Origin: Vicugna vicugna
Lineage: Eukaryota
Assembly: GCA_013265495.1 (NCBI GenBank)
Contig: MU059614.1
Location: 969,601 to 1,033,600, forward strand
DNA: 64,000 bases
Direction of reading: 5' to 3'
Below the pieces are notes generated by a model, which saw only the letters and a list, made by a program, of their open reading frames with translations, did not search any database and was not told where the DNA came from. Below, one piece after another: positions 36,401 to 48,700 of this stretch. The position numbers were made by a program, and so were the translations under genes. How positions within the stretch are numbered: position 1 is the first letter of the stretch; the number at the start of each line of letters is the position of its first letter.

Positions 36401-37818
36401 TGGCGGAGCGGGTGTGAGACTTGGAGAGGGGCACACACTCTGCACAGCCAGAGCGTGAAATGGGGCGTCAAGCTGCACTTGTCTGCCCCAAATGCACCTG
36501 GGGCATGAGGAACTGTCAAAACCCAAACCAACTCATTTTTCCTTAATTTCTACCAGAGCTGAAGAAGAAGAGAACTCCTCACGGGCTTGTGGGCCAAGCA
36601 ACTCGCCAGATGTTGTTGGGGGGCGGGCACGGAGGGGAGGGACTCGCGTGGGCAATGGCACGGGGGCGGCACGGCCTGGGCATAACCTGCAGCAGCCCGG
36701 GAGAGCCAGCCTGCCCAGGAGTGGAGTGAACCCCAAGACGCCACACACACCTCACCAGCTACTGAATGGGCAGGACCCGCCGGGAACGGCCCTGCAGATC
36801 TGCCGTTAGAGACGCGTGTAACCTGTGCCTCTGGGCGAGCCTTCCAAACACGCCTGCCCTGCGGTCCCTACAGCGCAAAGCTGGTCCCCATACAAAGTCC
36901 GCCACAAGCTGTGCGGGGAGTTCAGGACATGAAGGAAATGTTCCAGAGCTAAACCCAGTGACCACATGAGCACCCAGCTCAGGCTGGCTGCAGTGTCAGG
37001 AGGCACGAGTGAGCGGTGACTGTCTCCAGGGCTGACAACGGCCACCGCCTTGTCTGGAAGTCGCACAGAAGCTCTTCCCGGTGCCCCTCCCCGTAAGAGC
37101 AGAAGAGAAGCGGCTCCCCCTCTTGCGGTGGGCCCCCGGGGACCGCAGGCAGGTTAGACTGAGAGCATTTTCTTGCAGACAACAGTGAATTCTGTTTTCA
37201 GTTTAACCTGCAACAGTTGGAGACTCTGTCTGGAATCCATTATTAATCAGTCAAAAGAGAAGCCTTATTTTCAGCTGCCGACTGAGTCAGGTGCCTTCAG
37301 CACCGCGCCCGAACTGGCAGTGCAGCTAACTGCCACAGTCGTGGGCACGCGGTGGGAAGGCAGAGAGTGAGGAGCAAGGCAATCCCACTCTGCCGTCAGC
37401 AAGGCACGGACCTGCCCCACCGAGGATGGCGCCCAGGACCACCCGAGGCCCTCGGGTGTGCCCGGTGAGGTGGCATGTGAGCCACACCCTCCTGGCTCAG
37501 CAGGCCAAGCTGTCTGGTCCTCTGCCACGCCCAGGTCTGGGGGACAGCGGAGCCCCTCCAGCACCTCAGGGTGTGGGGGTGTGGGCAGAGGCAGGCAGCC
37601 CCTGGCCTTCCCCGGAGAGCAGCGCCCCGTGAGCCTGCAGCTGACCCTCTGGCAGGGGCGTGCCAAGGCCTGAGGGAGCACGGCCAGGCCATGACTCTGG
37701 GGACAGAGGAAGGCGGGCCTGGGCGCTGGACCTTGGTCTTGGGGCCCAGGAGGCAGGGGGAGAGTTGGCTGTACTGGCAGTACGACACACCCCCAGCAAG
37801 CTGCCCAGCATCTCCCAC

Positions 37819-37989
37819 CTCGGGCTGCGCGGTCACAAGTGAGGCAGGGCTGGGACCCGTCGCCATTTGGGCGGGAGGCCGGCCCCGGGTGCAGCAGGAA
37901 GGGGTGGCGCTGGCTCAGCGACTGCAGCTCCTCGCTCTGACCCAGCGGGGCCCCCGTGCGGTGCTGGGGACACAGCGAGGCCTCGGGCG
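37819..37989 (-). CDS. EPN2: EPN2 alternative 171-nt exon (57 aa: SPEASLCPQHRTGAPLGQSEELQSLSQRHPFLLHPGPASRPNGDGSQPCLTCDRAAR)
   Basis: Acceptor ccctgcag and donor GTGGGA; symmetric phase 1-1. Matches the recalled insert of the long epsin-2 isoform. Confidence 0.92.
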
Positions 37990-39505
37990 CTGCAGGGCAG
38001 GGACACACACACACACAGAGAGAGACAGGCTGTTAGCGGGAGAGGGCGCGGCCAGGCCAGGCAAGTGAACAGCCAGGGACCCCGTCCTGACCCTCCACAT
38101 GCAGCTCAAGCTCAAGGTCGCAGGGGACCACACTGAGGGAGCTCAGAGAGGGGGCCTCATGGTGGCAGAACCAAGACCGGGCCACCTGGATGCCCAGGCT
38201 CTGGCGGCCCTGCCCTGTCCCTGCAGCTGGAACACCCTCAGGCTGACAGAGGGGACATGGCTTCAGCACCTCGCTTCTGCCCTCTGGCCTGGGGACCATG
38301 ACTGCAAAAGGCTCGTGGGGAGGAGAGCAGCCCCCGAAGCTGGGGCCTTAGGCTCAGACGCAGCCACTTCCGAGGAAGGGCCTTCCTGGGGTGGAGGGGC
38401 TCCCTGAGGGAGTCCTGCGGCCTCACTTCCCCAGGGTGGTCTTCCTTCACTGGGGGGAGCCCCCAGAGCCCATTTCCTCCAAGGGGTTTCACGAAGGTCA
38501 CAGCCTTTGCCTCAGCAGAGGAGCTCAAGCCAAGCGGGGAAACAGCAGTAACCACAAGAGGAACAGGAAACACCAACCTCTGTGACAGAAACTCAGGATC
38601 CCTAGAGGTAGGGAGTCTGAACCTACTACGCAATCTCCCGCTCGACCGGGTTCTCAAAATGCAGCAGGTGGCGGGACATCACCAAACCGAGACCTGCCGG
38701 AGCGGGAACCAGCAGCACGTGGTCTGGCAACTGAGCCAGGTCGACAAGGGCTTGTCAAACTGTTAGCAACTCCCTTTATAACAAGTTCACTCTTGTGCTG
38801 AGTTACTGATTCCAAAAACAAAGGGTATGGGGACCTGCACTTTTGTTCTTACAGCAAAAAGATTAAATTTCCGCATCCCCACTCCAGGCCACAGGGCCAC
38901 CTGTCTCGCCTCTGCACTGCGAAGGCAGAGGGGCACCCTTCCAGGGACGGTACCACTCGACCACCAGGATGGCAGCATGGCTCAGGCCCTGAGACCCACT
39001 TCTGACCCCTGAAGTCTCCCGATTGCTGGACGAAGACCCAGAGCAACTGACGTGCAAAATAAGACAACAGAGCAGCACCCACACACACAAACCAGCACAG
39101 ACCCAGCCGGGCAACTGAGCGGCCCACAGGAACGCCCTCCCACCTGAGGCAGCAGAGATGCTGAGCAGGTCAGGAGACCCACAGCACAGCCACTAGAAAG
39201 ACACTGAATTTGACACTGAAGGAACCAGGTCACCCTGAACAGCCAGGACCCCTGCTGTGCAGCAGGCCAGCCCCTCACTGCAGGAGGCAGCAGAGGCCTG
39301 CTTCGAGGCCACTGTACAGAGGCAAACCCCAGTGCAGTGGAGGGGCTCCAGACCCCCAAGCCAGAGCAGCCCAGGGGCCAAAAGCCCCTCGGTAACCATG
39401 ACTCCAGGCAGGTCGAGGGCACTGCCGCCTGGGCTGCCAGAGGCTGGTGCGGAGGAGGCCAGGCCACGAGCCCTGGGCCCGCGCGGCGCTCGGGCCACTA
39501 CTCAC

Positions 39506-40100
39506 AGCCGTGGTAGGAGGCGGGCGACCCCCCGGCCTTGCCGTACTCCTGCTCTGAGTAGCTGGTGGAGAGGTTGGGCTGGCTGGAGCCTCGGCCGAAG
39601 GAGATCTGGTTGCTGCCCATGCTGGTGGCCACCTGGGCCATGCGCTCCTTGGTCTTGAGGGCCTGGGCCCGCTCAGCCTTCAGCCGCTCCTCATCCCTGA
39701 GCAGCGCCACCAGCTGCTTGGACTTCTCACGCACGTTGATGCCCTGGTCCTTGCCGTCACGGTCGACATACTGGAAGTCCTTCAGGGTCTGGATGGCGAA
39801 GATGTTCTCGCGGCACTGCTGGGCCACGCGCTCAGAGCCCGTCTTGACGAGGTAGTCGAGCAGCGTCAGCGCCTTGTACACGTGCCGCCAGTTCCGTCCG
39901 TGGTCGTTGAGCCGCCGCCACACCATGCTCATGATCTCCGAGAAGGCCACCACGTTGTAGGTCAGGTCCGCGATCTCAGTCATCAGCGAGCTGGACGGGC
40001 CCCACGGGTCATTGGAGGTGGCTTCCCGGACTTTAACCTCGGCTTCCGAGTAATTGTTCACGATGTTTTTCATCTGCCGCCTGATGGACGAAGTCGTCAT
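39506..40100 (-). CDS. EPN2: EPN2 first coding exon, ENTH domain (MTTSSIRRQMKNIVNNYSEAEVKVREATSNDPWGP...SYHG), 595 coding nt
   Basis: ATG at 40100-40098 (aagATGa) and donor GTGAGT at 39505. Clear ENTH domain sequence. Confidence 0.99.
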
Positions 40101-40269
40101 CTTGACTTCCTTTGTTACAAACGCAAAGCTCTTCAAAGAGAGAAGCTTCCCTGTCCCGGGCAGGCTCGTGTCCCAAGAAGGTCCAGGCTCTGTAACAGGT
40201 CTGGGGCAGGGTCCCTGGTGGTCATTGCCTCTGCTGGAGCCTCAGGTCCCACAAGCTGGACGCCATGAC
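40101..40269 (-). other. EPN2: 5' UTR part of the EPN2 first coding exon
   Basis: Acceptor tctttctttctttccccag ends at 40270, 169 nt upstream of the ATG. Confidence 0.85.
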
Positions 40270-41527
40270 CTGGGGAAAGAAAGAAAGACAAGCGTTCACT
40301 TGCAGGCGCCCCTCCGAGGCGGCAGGCGTGTTATGAACAGCAGCGCTGGTCCACCGGGGCGATGAGAGGACGTCTGGCCCGACAGGGACCCGCGCACCTG
40401 ACACGGTAAGGATGTTCACCCACAGCCACTCTCACACTCAAAAGGGACAAGAGTGCAGCTCCTCCCAACAGCTTCTCCAGCTCCAAAAGCAAACACTTGT
40501 CCACGTCGCTGGTGGCGCTCAGATGCCCCTAAGGCCCAGGGGCCTCCCAGCACTTCATCTGTCACCCCACCGTGCGGCCAGCAGGAATGCCTGCCCCACT
40601 TCCCGGGAGCACAGCAGGTGGAGCTGGGACCCAGTGCCGAGGACATCCGGCCGACTTCCCCCGGGTCAGGAGGCAGCTCCCATTAAACAGTCAGAACAAA
40701 CGGTCCTGGTAAAAAGGACATGAATGATCAGAACTATAATGAAAAGAATCAACTTCCTTAGGAAGAAAGGATGCGTGGGACTCTGCTGACTGGCCTCCCG
40801 GCCTCTTGTCCGGCTGCTTGGGTGGTGCCCAGGACAGCTGGAGCCCGTGCCCTCCCAGCGAGAGGCCATGAGGACTGGCCAGGGCACCCCCGAGCCTCCG
40901 AGGCCCCTGGTGCTAAAGAAAAGGCAGCAATTCATGTGCGTGAAGGCTGGGGCTCTGCCCTCCCGGACACCGCAGAGAGGGCTGCGGCCCCCGCAGAGAC
41001 ACCTGCTGTCAGTCTGTCTGAAATAACTAGGCTTTGAAGCTAAGAAAATTTGTCATGGTCAGAAAAAATACACCAAGGCCATAAACCACCTGCTATTCTC
41101 CCAAAGCCACAGAGAGACCCAGGCCCAGAGGCGGCGAGAAGGGTGGACAGGGTGCACGTCTCTTGACGGGACAGGGGCCCAGAAGGCACCTCCGAGGAGC
41201 CACGTTCAGGGCCAGCGGGCCAGGTGCCCCACCCAAGTCCGCCAGAGACCACTTTAAACCTCCCCTCCCACCTCAGGACTGGGCCGCAAACGCGCTGCAC
41301 TCCTGCGGGGCGCCCCTCAAGTGCAGGCCGGGGACCTGAGTTCTGTTCTGTTCTCACTCTTTTTCGCACAGCTTGCCTGCTCGCTGCCCGCACTGCCCTC
41401 CTCAGGCTGCCAGCACCCCTGCTTGCTCACGGCGCCTGCACCCGGGACTGCGGAAACAACGGGAGCCCCATCACCTCCGGTGATCCCAGCCCGACGATGA
41501 TGATGTCAGCTGGCCTGCGACACTCAC

Positions 41528-41648
41528 CACTGCCAGGCCCGGCAAAGGCCCTCGGCAGCTCTGGAGACGCCACATCAAGGGCCAGGCTATTCGATGTGGA
41601 AGGGACACTCCCTTTACTACAGTCAGTCCCCAGCAACAGGGATGGTTC
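41528..41648 (-). other. EPN2: Probable EPN2 non-coding 5' UTR exon, 121 nt
   Basis: Acceptor cctttggcttcag and strong donor TG|GTGAGT. Size and position resemble the recalled human non-coding exon 2. No transcript evidence is available here. Confidence 0.55.
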
Positions 41649-44010
41649 CTGAAGCCAAAGGCCACTTCAGCTCCGTGCCAGAGATGCGACCTGTTGTTTC
41701 TGCCTGTGCTGTTCCCACACCCCTTGTCTGGGAAGGAGCCTCGGCCGCTGGCAGGGAGTGGTTCCAGCAGGGAGTGGCCCAGCCCATCAGAACACTGCTG
41801 GAAGCCCCCACAGAGCTGGGGTTCACCTAGGGTGAAGCCGACGCAGAAGCCAGCATGGAGCCCAGGGACAGAGCCGGAGCAGGACAGGACACCATTTGAG
41901 CCCAAAGGCCCACCTGCACCTGAAGCCACTCACCCCGCACTCGGCTGCGGGAGCCAGCGCAGTCTTGTGTCACCTGCGGCCGCCTGCTCTCCTGTCTCAG
42001 GCAACAGCGAACGGCACATGTGCAGCATGGGCCCCCCCAGACCTCAAGCAGGGGCTCCAACCAGGCCCCTCAGCCACAGCTGACCCGCGCCCAGGCCACC
42101 CGAGCAGCTGCGTCCTCACCCCTCAAAACGCAGGTGCCCCGCCAAAGTCCGGGTTGTCACTCTTTAGCTGGTAATGGTGACCGTAAAGTAACAGCTGAGT
42201 CACTGCATTTGCCGAGGACAGGCTGGGGCAGAAAAATTCTGGCATATCTGAAAACACAACTAGAATTCAACAGTGGGGACTGGACAGAGACTGAATAAAA
42301 CAGCAACTAGAACAAAACTGAAAACACAAACAAAAAATTCCAAGGCCAGAGTGATGCCCCTGGAGGCAAGAAGAATTCCATAAACAGGGCCTGCAGAGCT
42401 GGGTGGGGAAATTCCTTCCAAGTCTAGAGTCCTCAACACAGAAGAAGAGGCTCTCCAAGGCTGGAGCAGCCAGGTGGGTCCCTGGCCAAGGCCCCCGTGT
42501 GTCTGGGCAGTCATGCTGTGCTACACGGCACGTGGCCGGCTAAGTGTGGAGAGGACGTACCCTGTCAGTCAGGGTCTCCAACAAACCCCCCCAGAGATTC
42601 TGGTGGCTTTTCAGGGATCAGGGACCATCCTCAGGGACCAGGGCTAGCTTCAATGGAACAGCACCCTCCCCCACCCCCCAAAACCCAAAGTCACAGGTCA
42701 GCCAGCACTGATGGTGATCATCTTGTCACTATCAACAGATGTCACTGCACAACTTGATCTGGAAATCCTCCCCGCAGGTGGTAGCTCCCACCTCCTGTGT
42801 CTGGCAGCCTCCTGTGACTTTCTCAAGGCAGGTGACAGGGAGCACGAGGGCTGGGCTGCAGCCACCTCCCCTGCAGCGGTACACAGAGCTGCGAACACAG
42901 AATCGCGCTGAAGAGATGCGACAGCCTTTTCAAGCTCCGTGGTGACGTCCGGGCACACTGAAATGAGGGCCACAGGTCACTGAGTGACAGTCACAAATGC
43001 TAATCTGTGAACCACTGGGTCTCACTTGTCTGTGCGAGGGGCAAGAGCGAGGACACAGCCCCTCCCCGCCACGGACAAGGTGCTGTGGCCCCCCTTAGAG
43101 GCTCTGCCTGGGAGGCCCAGACCATGGCCCGCGTGGCCACCGCAGCGGTAGCACTGGGACAGCTGGGACAGTGCGGCTCTCCTCTCCAGTGACCATTCGC
43201 CCAGAGAGAAAGCATGGCTGAGAGCAATAACCTAGTGCCCGACGCCACGCTGCCGCCGGTGCAGGGAGACAGCCTGCACACCTGCCGGGGACGTGAGGCT
43301 CGGCCAGAGAGGGAAGCGCCCGCCTCACTGACAACGCATCCGCATCCTGATGACTCCTCGGGGGAGAAACCAGATTTCCTCTCTCCCAAAAGTGACTTCA
43401 AAAAACTTTACACTCATATACTTCAAGAAGTTCAAAAACAAACATTCGAAGCTTAACTTCCAGATGATAAAGCAGGTACCATGAAACTGCTCACGAACCC
43501 CTCTCCGGCCACAGCGGGGACTGAAGGCTCCGCCCCCATGTTGGACCACCCCTGTCCCCCTCTACCAAAGGGCCACTGGGGCCTCTCCCCAGACACAGCA
43601 GTCTTGGAGAGTTCAAATCCCACATCAGCCTCCTATGACTGCGTGTCCGTGATTCTTCTAAAAGCAGAAACAAAGCACTGAGCACACACATGCAGAACCT
43701 CGTTTTTCTTCACCAGTGTGGCCCACCATTTGGTCTCCGGGAACGCAGATTACACAGGTACTGAAATGTGGTCATCTTAAAGATGGTGTGAAGCAAGGAC
43801 GGGGTCAGGAGGCATGTTCTGGCCAACCCCCAGTCACTCAGAAGTGGGGGTGGGACAAGCCGCGCCTCCCTAGGGGTCAAACTCCTGCATAAAGAACAAA
43901 GAACCCCAATGCTCCCCACCTCCCCCACTCCTCAAAGTAGTTTTGCAAATGCCTGATCACGGGCAGCACTCTTCAAAAATCATGCCAAAGAGCAAACAGC
44001 ACGGAGACCA

Positions 44011-44060
44011 GAGCACACAGACCCGGGAGCACACAGACCCGGAGCACACAGACCCGGGAG
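44011..44060. repeat. Minisatellite, 15-16 bp x3
   Basis: gagcacacagacccg(g) three times. Confidence 0.95.
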
Positions 44061-46344
44061 CTGGGAAAGCAGGGCTCCAGGCCAGGCTGGGACCAGCCTC
44101 GTGCTCCTGAAGGGACAGGGTGGGCCAGATGCTCTGCCAAACCCTTCGGTCCCCAGGCCCCTTTGTGACAACTGGCTCACGCCCAGCGATACCAGCTCCA
44201 GCCACAGGTCTGCCACGCGGAGGCTGGGATTCTGGGAACAAGCTTAGCGGTGGCTGTCCCTCTCAGCCGGCCAGTGGGGCTCCAGCTGGGCAGGAGGGCA
44301 GGGCCCCCCGTGGGCCTTGGGATGCACAAGAACTCGACCCTCCTCCGAGGAAGGCAGTGTGCATGTGTGCCCCTGGGTCAGTATGCAGTCTACACGTCGT
44401 GACTCTGCTGCCAGAAAAGCCCGGTCATGGCAGACGGCTATGCCACCCAGAGGCTGGGGGTCACAGAAGGAGCCTCTGATGGCTTCACACCCACCCCGCC
44501 CCACAGGGCAGGCCCGGTGATGGATGACAATTTGATCAGTACAGTCTCCCAGCTTGACATCTTTGGGGGAAAAAAGCAGAGCTACATGGAAAAATTCAGA
44601 ATTCCCATGATTTCATGCTTAATTTAGAGCTGGCTGGTCACCGTGGTGGCGCCCAGTGCTGGGCTCTCGCCATGTCCCGAGGAGCCAGTGGGAGAGCGGA
44701 AGCCAAGTGGGGGCCGTGGGCCCCGTGGCCAGAGCCCCACAGGCCCAGTGTCAGGCACAGCAGTGACCGGACACTCTTCTCAAAAGGAGCTCAAGATGCT
44801 GCCCAGAGGAACTGCAGGCAGGAAGCAGGTGTCTCCACGCCGTGCAAGCACGAGACCACGAAAAGGAGTGGCGTGCTCACCTCTGCCCTTAACCCAGCAG
44901 ACCTGGGAGGTCGCGCCTCTCCCCACGCAGCTGTGGAGGAAGGCGGCCCCTCAGACTTCAGACAGTGACGGCTGACGTCCACTGAACTCCACAGGTGGGC
45001 CTTGTCCCCAGCCCGACCCCGCAGGCCCCGAACGGAGCACTTCAGCAAAAGGTCAAAAGATAAGCCTCACCGTCCAAACTTCAGGAGGTTAACTCTTCCT
45101 GTGCTGCCAGTGTGCTGCACCCCTGTCCCAGTCACTTCCCTGCCGACTGGGACAACCTGGGCCCCCGTGCTGCTTCCTCTGCCCGCCAGCCTCCCACTCG
45201 CTGGGACTGTCACCACACTGGCTCTCTCCTGCCATTCTAGATCCCAACTAAAACATCGCCTCCTGGGAACCACCGCTCACTCTTAAGTCACCAGCTTTAA
45301 TTTTTGGCAGAGCCCCTCTGTGTGGGACATTTTGTTGCCCACACATCTGCTGGCTGGTTCACCTCCTAGGCCCCCAGGCCCCATAAGAGCCCGGCACCGT
45401 TCATGCCTGATTCGGGGTGAGCGCTGACCGGTGCTGAGTGGAGGAGCAGGGGGAAATGAGAGTAAAAGCTGCGTCCCCGGTCCCGTCTGCTCGCGACCCA
45501 GAGTTCACACCTTGGGACCAGGCTCCGCTGAGTTCCCCCCTACGCCTTCACCGCTCGGGTCAGAACAGCTGCTCTGCTCTACGTTCTGCCTGGTGACACA
45601 GCACCCAGGACAGGAGGGACACGACTGCACCAAGTGAGTGCTTAGCACAGAGGAACCGCCAGGCCGGACAAGGGGCAGCACGGCTGCCTGGGCTCCAGAG
45701 CAGCCATCCAGGGTGGCAAGCAGGGGCTCAGATGGGGTTCCCCACCCCCGACCCCCGGATCTGTGCCCCGCCTCCCTAGCTGGGCGTCCAGGGGCCAGGG
45801 GGCAAGCTCCAGAGCCCCCACCTCAACACCTGCCTTAATGGAGGTGCGCACAGTCGCTGCCCGGCGCTGCCAGGAGGCCGGGCCTCGAGGGGCTGGTGCA
45901 GAGCGGCGTCCAGACACTGGCTTCCTCTGCCCAGCCGCGCCAGCATGTGTCCACGAGGATGTTTCTCAGCACTCCCTCAAGGACAACTCCAGGGCAGCGT
46001 CCAAGGCAGGGCGCAAAGCCTACAGAGCACCAAGGGGCTCCGTGGAGAAGGTGCTGTAGGGAAGGCGCCTGCAGTTCGGTAGGGGTGTCACCCCCAAGCC
46101 CCTTTCCGACCACACACAACACAGTCACCAGCCCCACTCTTCTCCTGTGCGGCTGGCACTTCCGAGGAAGGTCTCAGGTGTGCTAACCCTTTGACGCCAG
46201 CAGTAATCGTAAGAGGACAGGCTCAGCACAGTAACAGAACACAGGAGAGGCTCTCGAAACAAGCTAGGGAGCACTGAGCCCCGACCACACGCCAGGTGCG
46301 ACTTCACGTGAGCTGCTTGCCGGAGCTGCAAGAATTCTACCCTC

Positions 46345-46460
46345 AGCACCTTCACTTCCCAGGGGAGGCAGCTGAGGCTCAGAGAGGTTAAGTAACGGGT
46401 CCAAGCTAGTGCCAGCAAGCGGCAGGACCAGGATCTGATCCCAGACCTCTGCCTCTGCCC
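46345..46460 (-). mobile_element. MIR SINE fragment
   Basis: gaggcagctgaggctcagagaggttaagtaac is the reverse complement of the MIR core. Confidence 0.65.
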
Positions 46461-47199
46461 TAGCCTCTGATCTCTATTCTTACCTGTTTGGTTTCAGACA
46501 AATCCAGTGCTTCAAGTCATGAGAAGAACGAATTTTTCCTCACTGAACCTGAAGGCCTAGAAGGGACCCCATCCTGCTGCTTAAGGGGCCAGAAGATGGC
46601 AGAGAAGCAACTGTCTTCCTACCTGTCCAGCTGGTCATGGGAGGGCCTGCCCAGCTCACCGAACCAAGCGGCAGGAGCAAAGATGCCGGAGCCAGACGGC
46701 GCCCAGCGGCCACCCGCGAGCAGAGGCCGAGGCCCTGCAGGTGGAGCGCTGCACCAGGGTCCAGCCCTGGCGGTCGCAGCTTCTTCCAGGCAGCCCGCAA
46801 AGGCAGAGTGCCTCCAGTGCTCTCCCAAGAAAGCGTCACTCTGGGAGCTGTGACGGCCCACAGACGGCTACTCGGTGACACCAGGCAGGGTGGGAGCCTG
46901 AAGAGTGAGACCGCGACGATTTGAAAACCAGCTCTTCAGAACTCACACCCTTAAGGAGGACGTGTTTGGCTGCCACCGTGTCTTCTGTTAAATCAGTCAC
47001 CTGGCTGGAACACCTGAGAGCTCCAATTACTCCTTTAGCACAGGTGGCGTCTGAGACACCCCCAGGAAAGACCGGGTCTCGGCGCTGAAAGGTAAACTTC
47101 CTTTTTCGGTTCAGAGCGAAAATGTGACTCCCCTCCGCCCTCCCCTGCTGGAGACATTCCCAGCGTTTTATTTACTCGGCAACACTGACCGGACTCTTA

Positions 47200-48050
47200 A
47201 ATGTCAGAGCCGGCCTGGAGGGGGCGGGGCCCCCAGGTCTTCCCGCTGCTCCTCCAAGAGCCGCTGAGCCGTGCCGACGCACAGGAGAGCGAGTGGAAGC
47301 CGGCCCCGCCCCGTCCTGAGTGCCCTGCTTTTTAAAAAAGAATACTCTGCCGCGCAAGGTGGGAAACTTCCACCACTGGCTCTGGCCGCCGCCATCACGT
47401 CGCTGAGGCCCGCGCGGGCGGCTGCGCGTCTGGGCAGCTCGGCCTTTCCCCGCGGGGTCGCGCTTGCCCGGTTCACACGTGGCAGCGCACCCCCCACCGC
47501 CGCGCCGGCAGACAGCTGGCCTCGTTTCCAACTCCTGCCACGGGGAAGAGTGCTGGTGTGTGCGTGTCTCCTGCGGCACGCGTGCCTCGCTGCTCCAGAA
47601 CGAGCCCCTCGGAGGGGAACTGCGTCCACGGGGCACACATGTCCCCAGCACCACACTGTAAAAGCAGCCTTGCTGTTGTTTCAGAACATCGTTTTGCCAC
47701 CACGGTGCAGACAGGTGAACGGTTTAGTCGACACCAGATCTGACAGGCGCTCCGCACACACTCGGCGTGTGAAGATCGACGCCCGCAGGGAAGCACAGGA
47801 CGTGGCTCCGGCCTGGGCAGGAGGCGGCCCACGCGGGGCAGCGGCCGCAGGCTGCATGCTCACGGGAGACCCTGCCGCCCGCGGGACGGCGTGCGGACAG
47901 GGAAGGGGCCCGGCCTCCCGCCGCACTCGGCTCACCCGCCCGCCAGACGCCGCCCCGTCCCCGCCCCATCGCAGCGGTAACGGCTACCACAGGGCACTCC
48001 CCAGAGCCAGACGCCCTCTCAGGAACGCCGCACTGCTGCTTGCTCAGTGG
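47200..48050. promoter_or_regulatory. CpG-island-like region in EPN2 intron 1 with GC boxes
   Basis: Dense CpG. GGGGCGGGG or its complement at 47221, 47304 and 47959. Confidence 0.5.
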
Positions 48051-48148
48051 TTTTCTTCAAATCAACTTCCTTTTAAACCCCAAGACTCGCCTTAGGTAAT
48101 AACACACACGAAGTCAGGTATCCCTGCTAAGGCGTTTTGGGGGGAGGG

Positions 48149-48700
48149 GGCCTTTCTATTTGTATTGAGATAAAATTCACCATTTAAAGTGTACAAGTCA
48201 CACTTACAATTCCGCATCCTCACGATGCGGGATAACCGTCACCGCCGTGTGCATCTGCATCACCCAAAGAAGCCCTACCGGTCAGCAGCCACCGCCCGCC
48301 CCGCCTGCCGCCCGGCCCTGCCAACCACTCACCTCCCCTGTCTCTGGGTGCACCTACTCTGGACTTTCACGGAAACGAAATCTCATAGTGTGCGGCCGTC
48401 TGTGTCCGGCTCCTCTCACCCAGCATGTCTTAAGGTCCACTCACACCACACTCTCAGTACCTCACTCCTCCTGACGGCTGAGTAATTCCCCACCATACGG
48501 ACAGACCACATTTCATCCACCCCCGCATCCGCTGGAGGACGTCTGGGCTGTTTCCATTTTTTGGCCGTCGTGCATAATGCTGCTATGAACTCTGTGTCAT
48601 TTTTGTGTGGACGTGTGTGCTGGCCTCTCTGCGCAGACACCAACAAGGGGGGTTGCCAGGTCACACGGCAGCTCTCTAACTCTCGGAGGAAGTGCCAAAG
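48149..48700 (-). mobile_element. L1MB-like 3' end, antisense
   Basis: ttgagataaaattcaccatttaaagtgtaca...ctactctggactttcac...ggctgagtaattcccca...ataatgctgctatgaac. Confidence 0.75.

Noticed and set aside
39565-40268. + strand ORFs antisense to the ENTH exon
   Set aside because: Shadow ORFs caused by high-GC3 codon usage on the coding strand.
41090-41189. Alternative candidate for the non-coding exon (donor CAG|GTGGTT)
   Set aside because: Weak donor and no pyrimidine-rich acceptor. The 41528-41648 candidate fits much better.
44011-44060. Short direct repeats as a CRISPR-like array (also 3181, 16350, 17358)
   Set aside because: Units are directly adjacent with no unique spacers, there are only 2-3 copies, and the context is a eukaryotic intron. 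These are slippage duplications.
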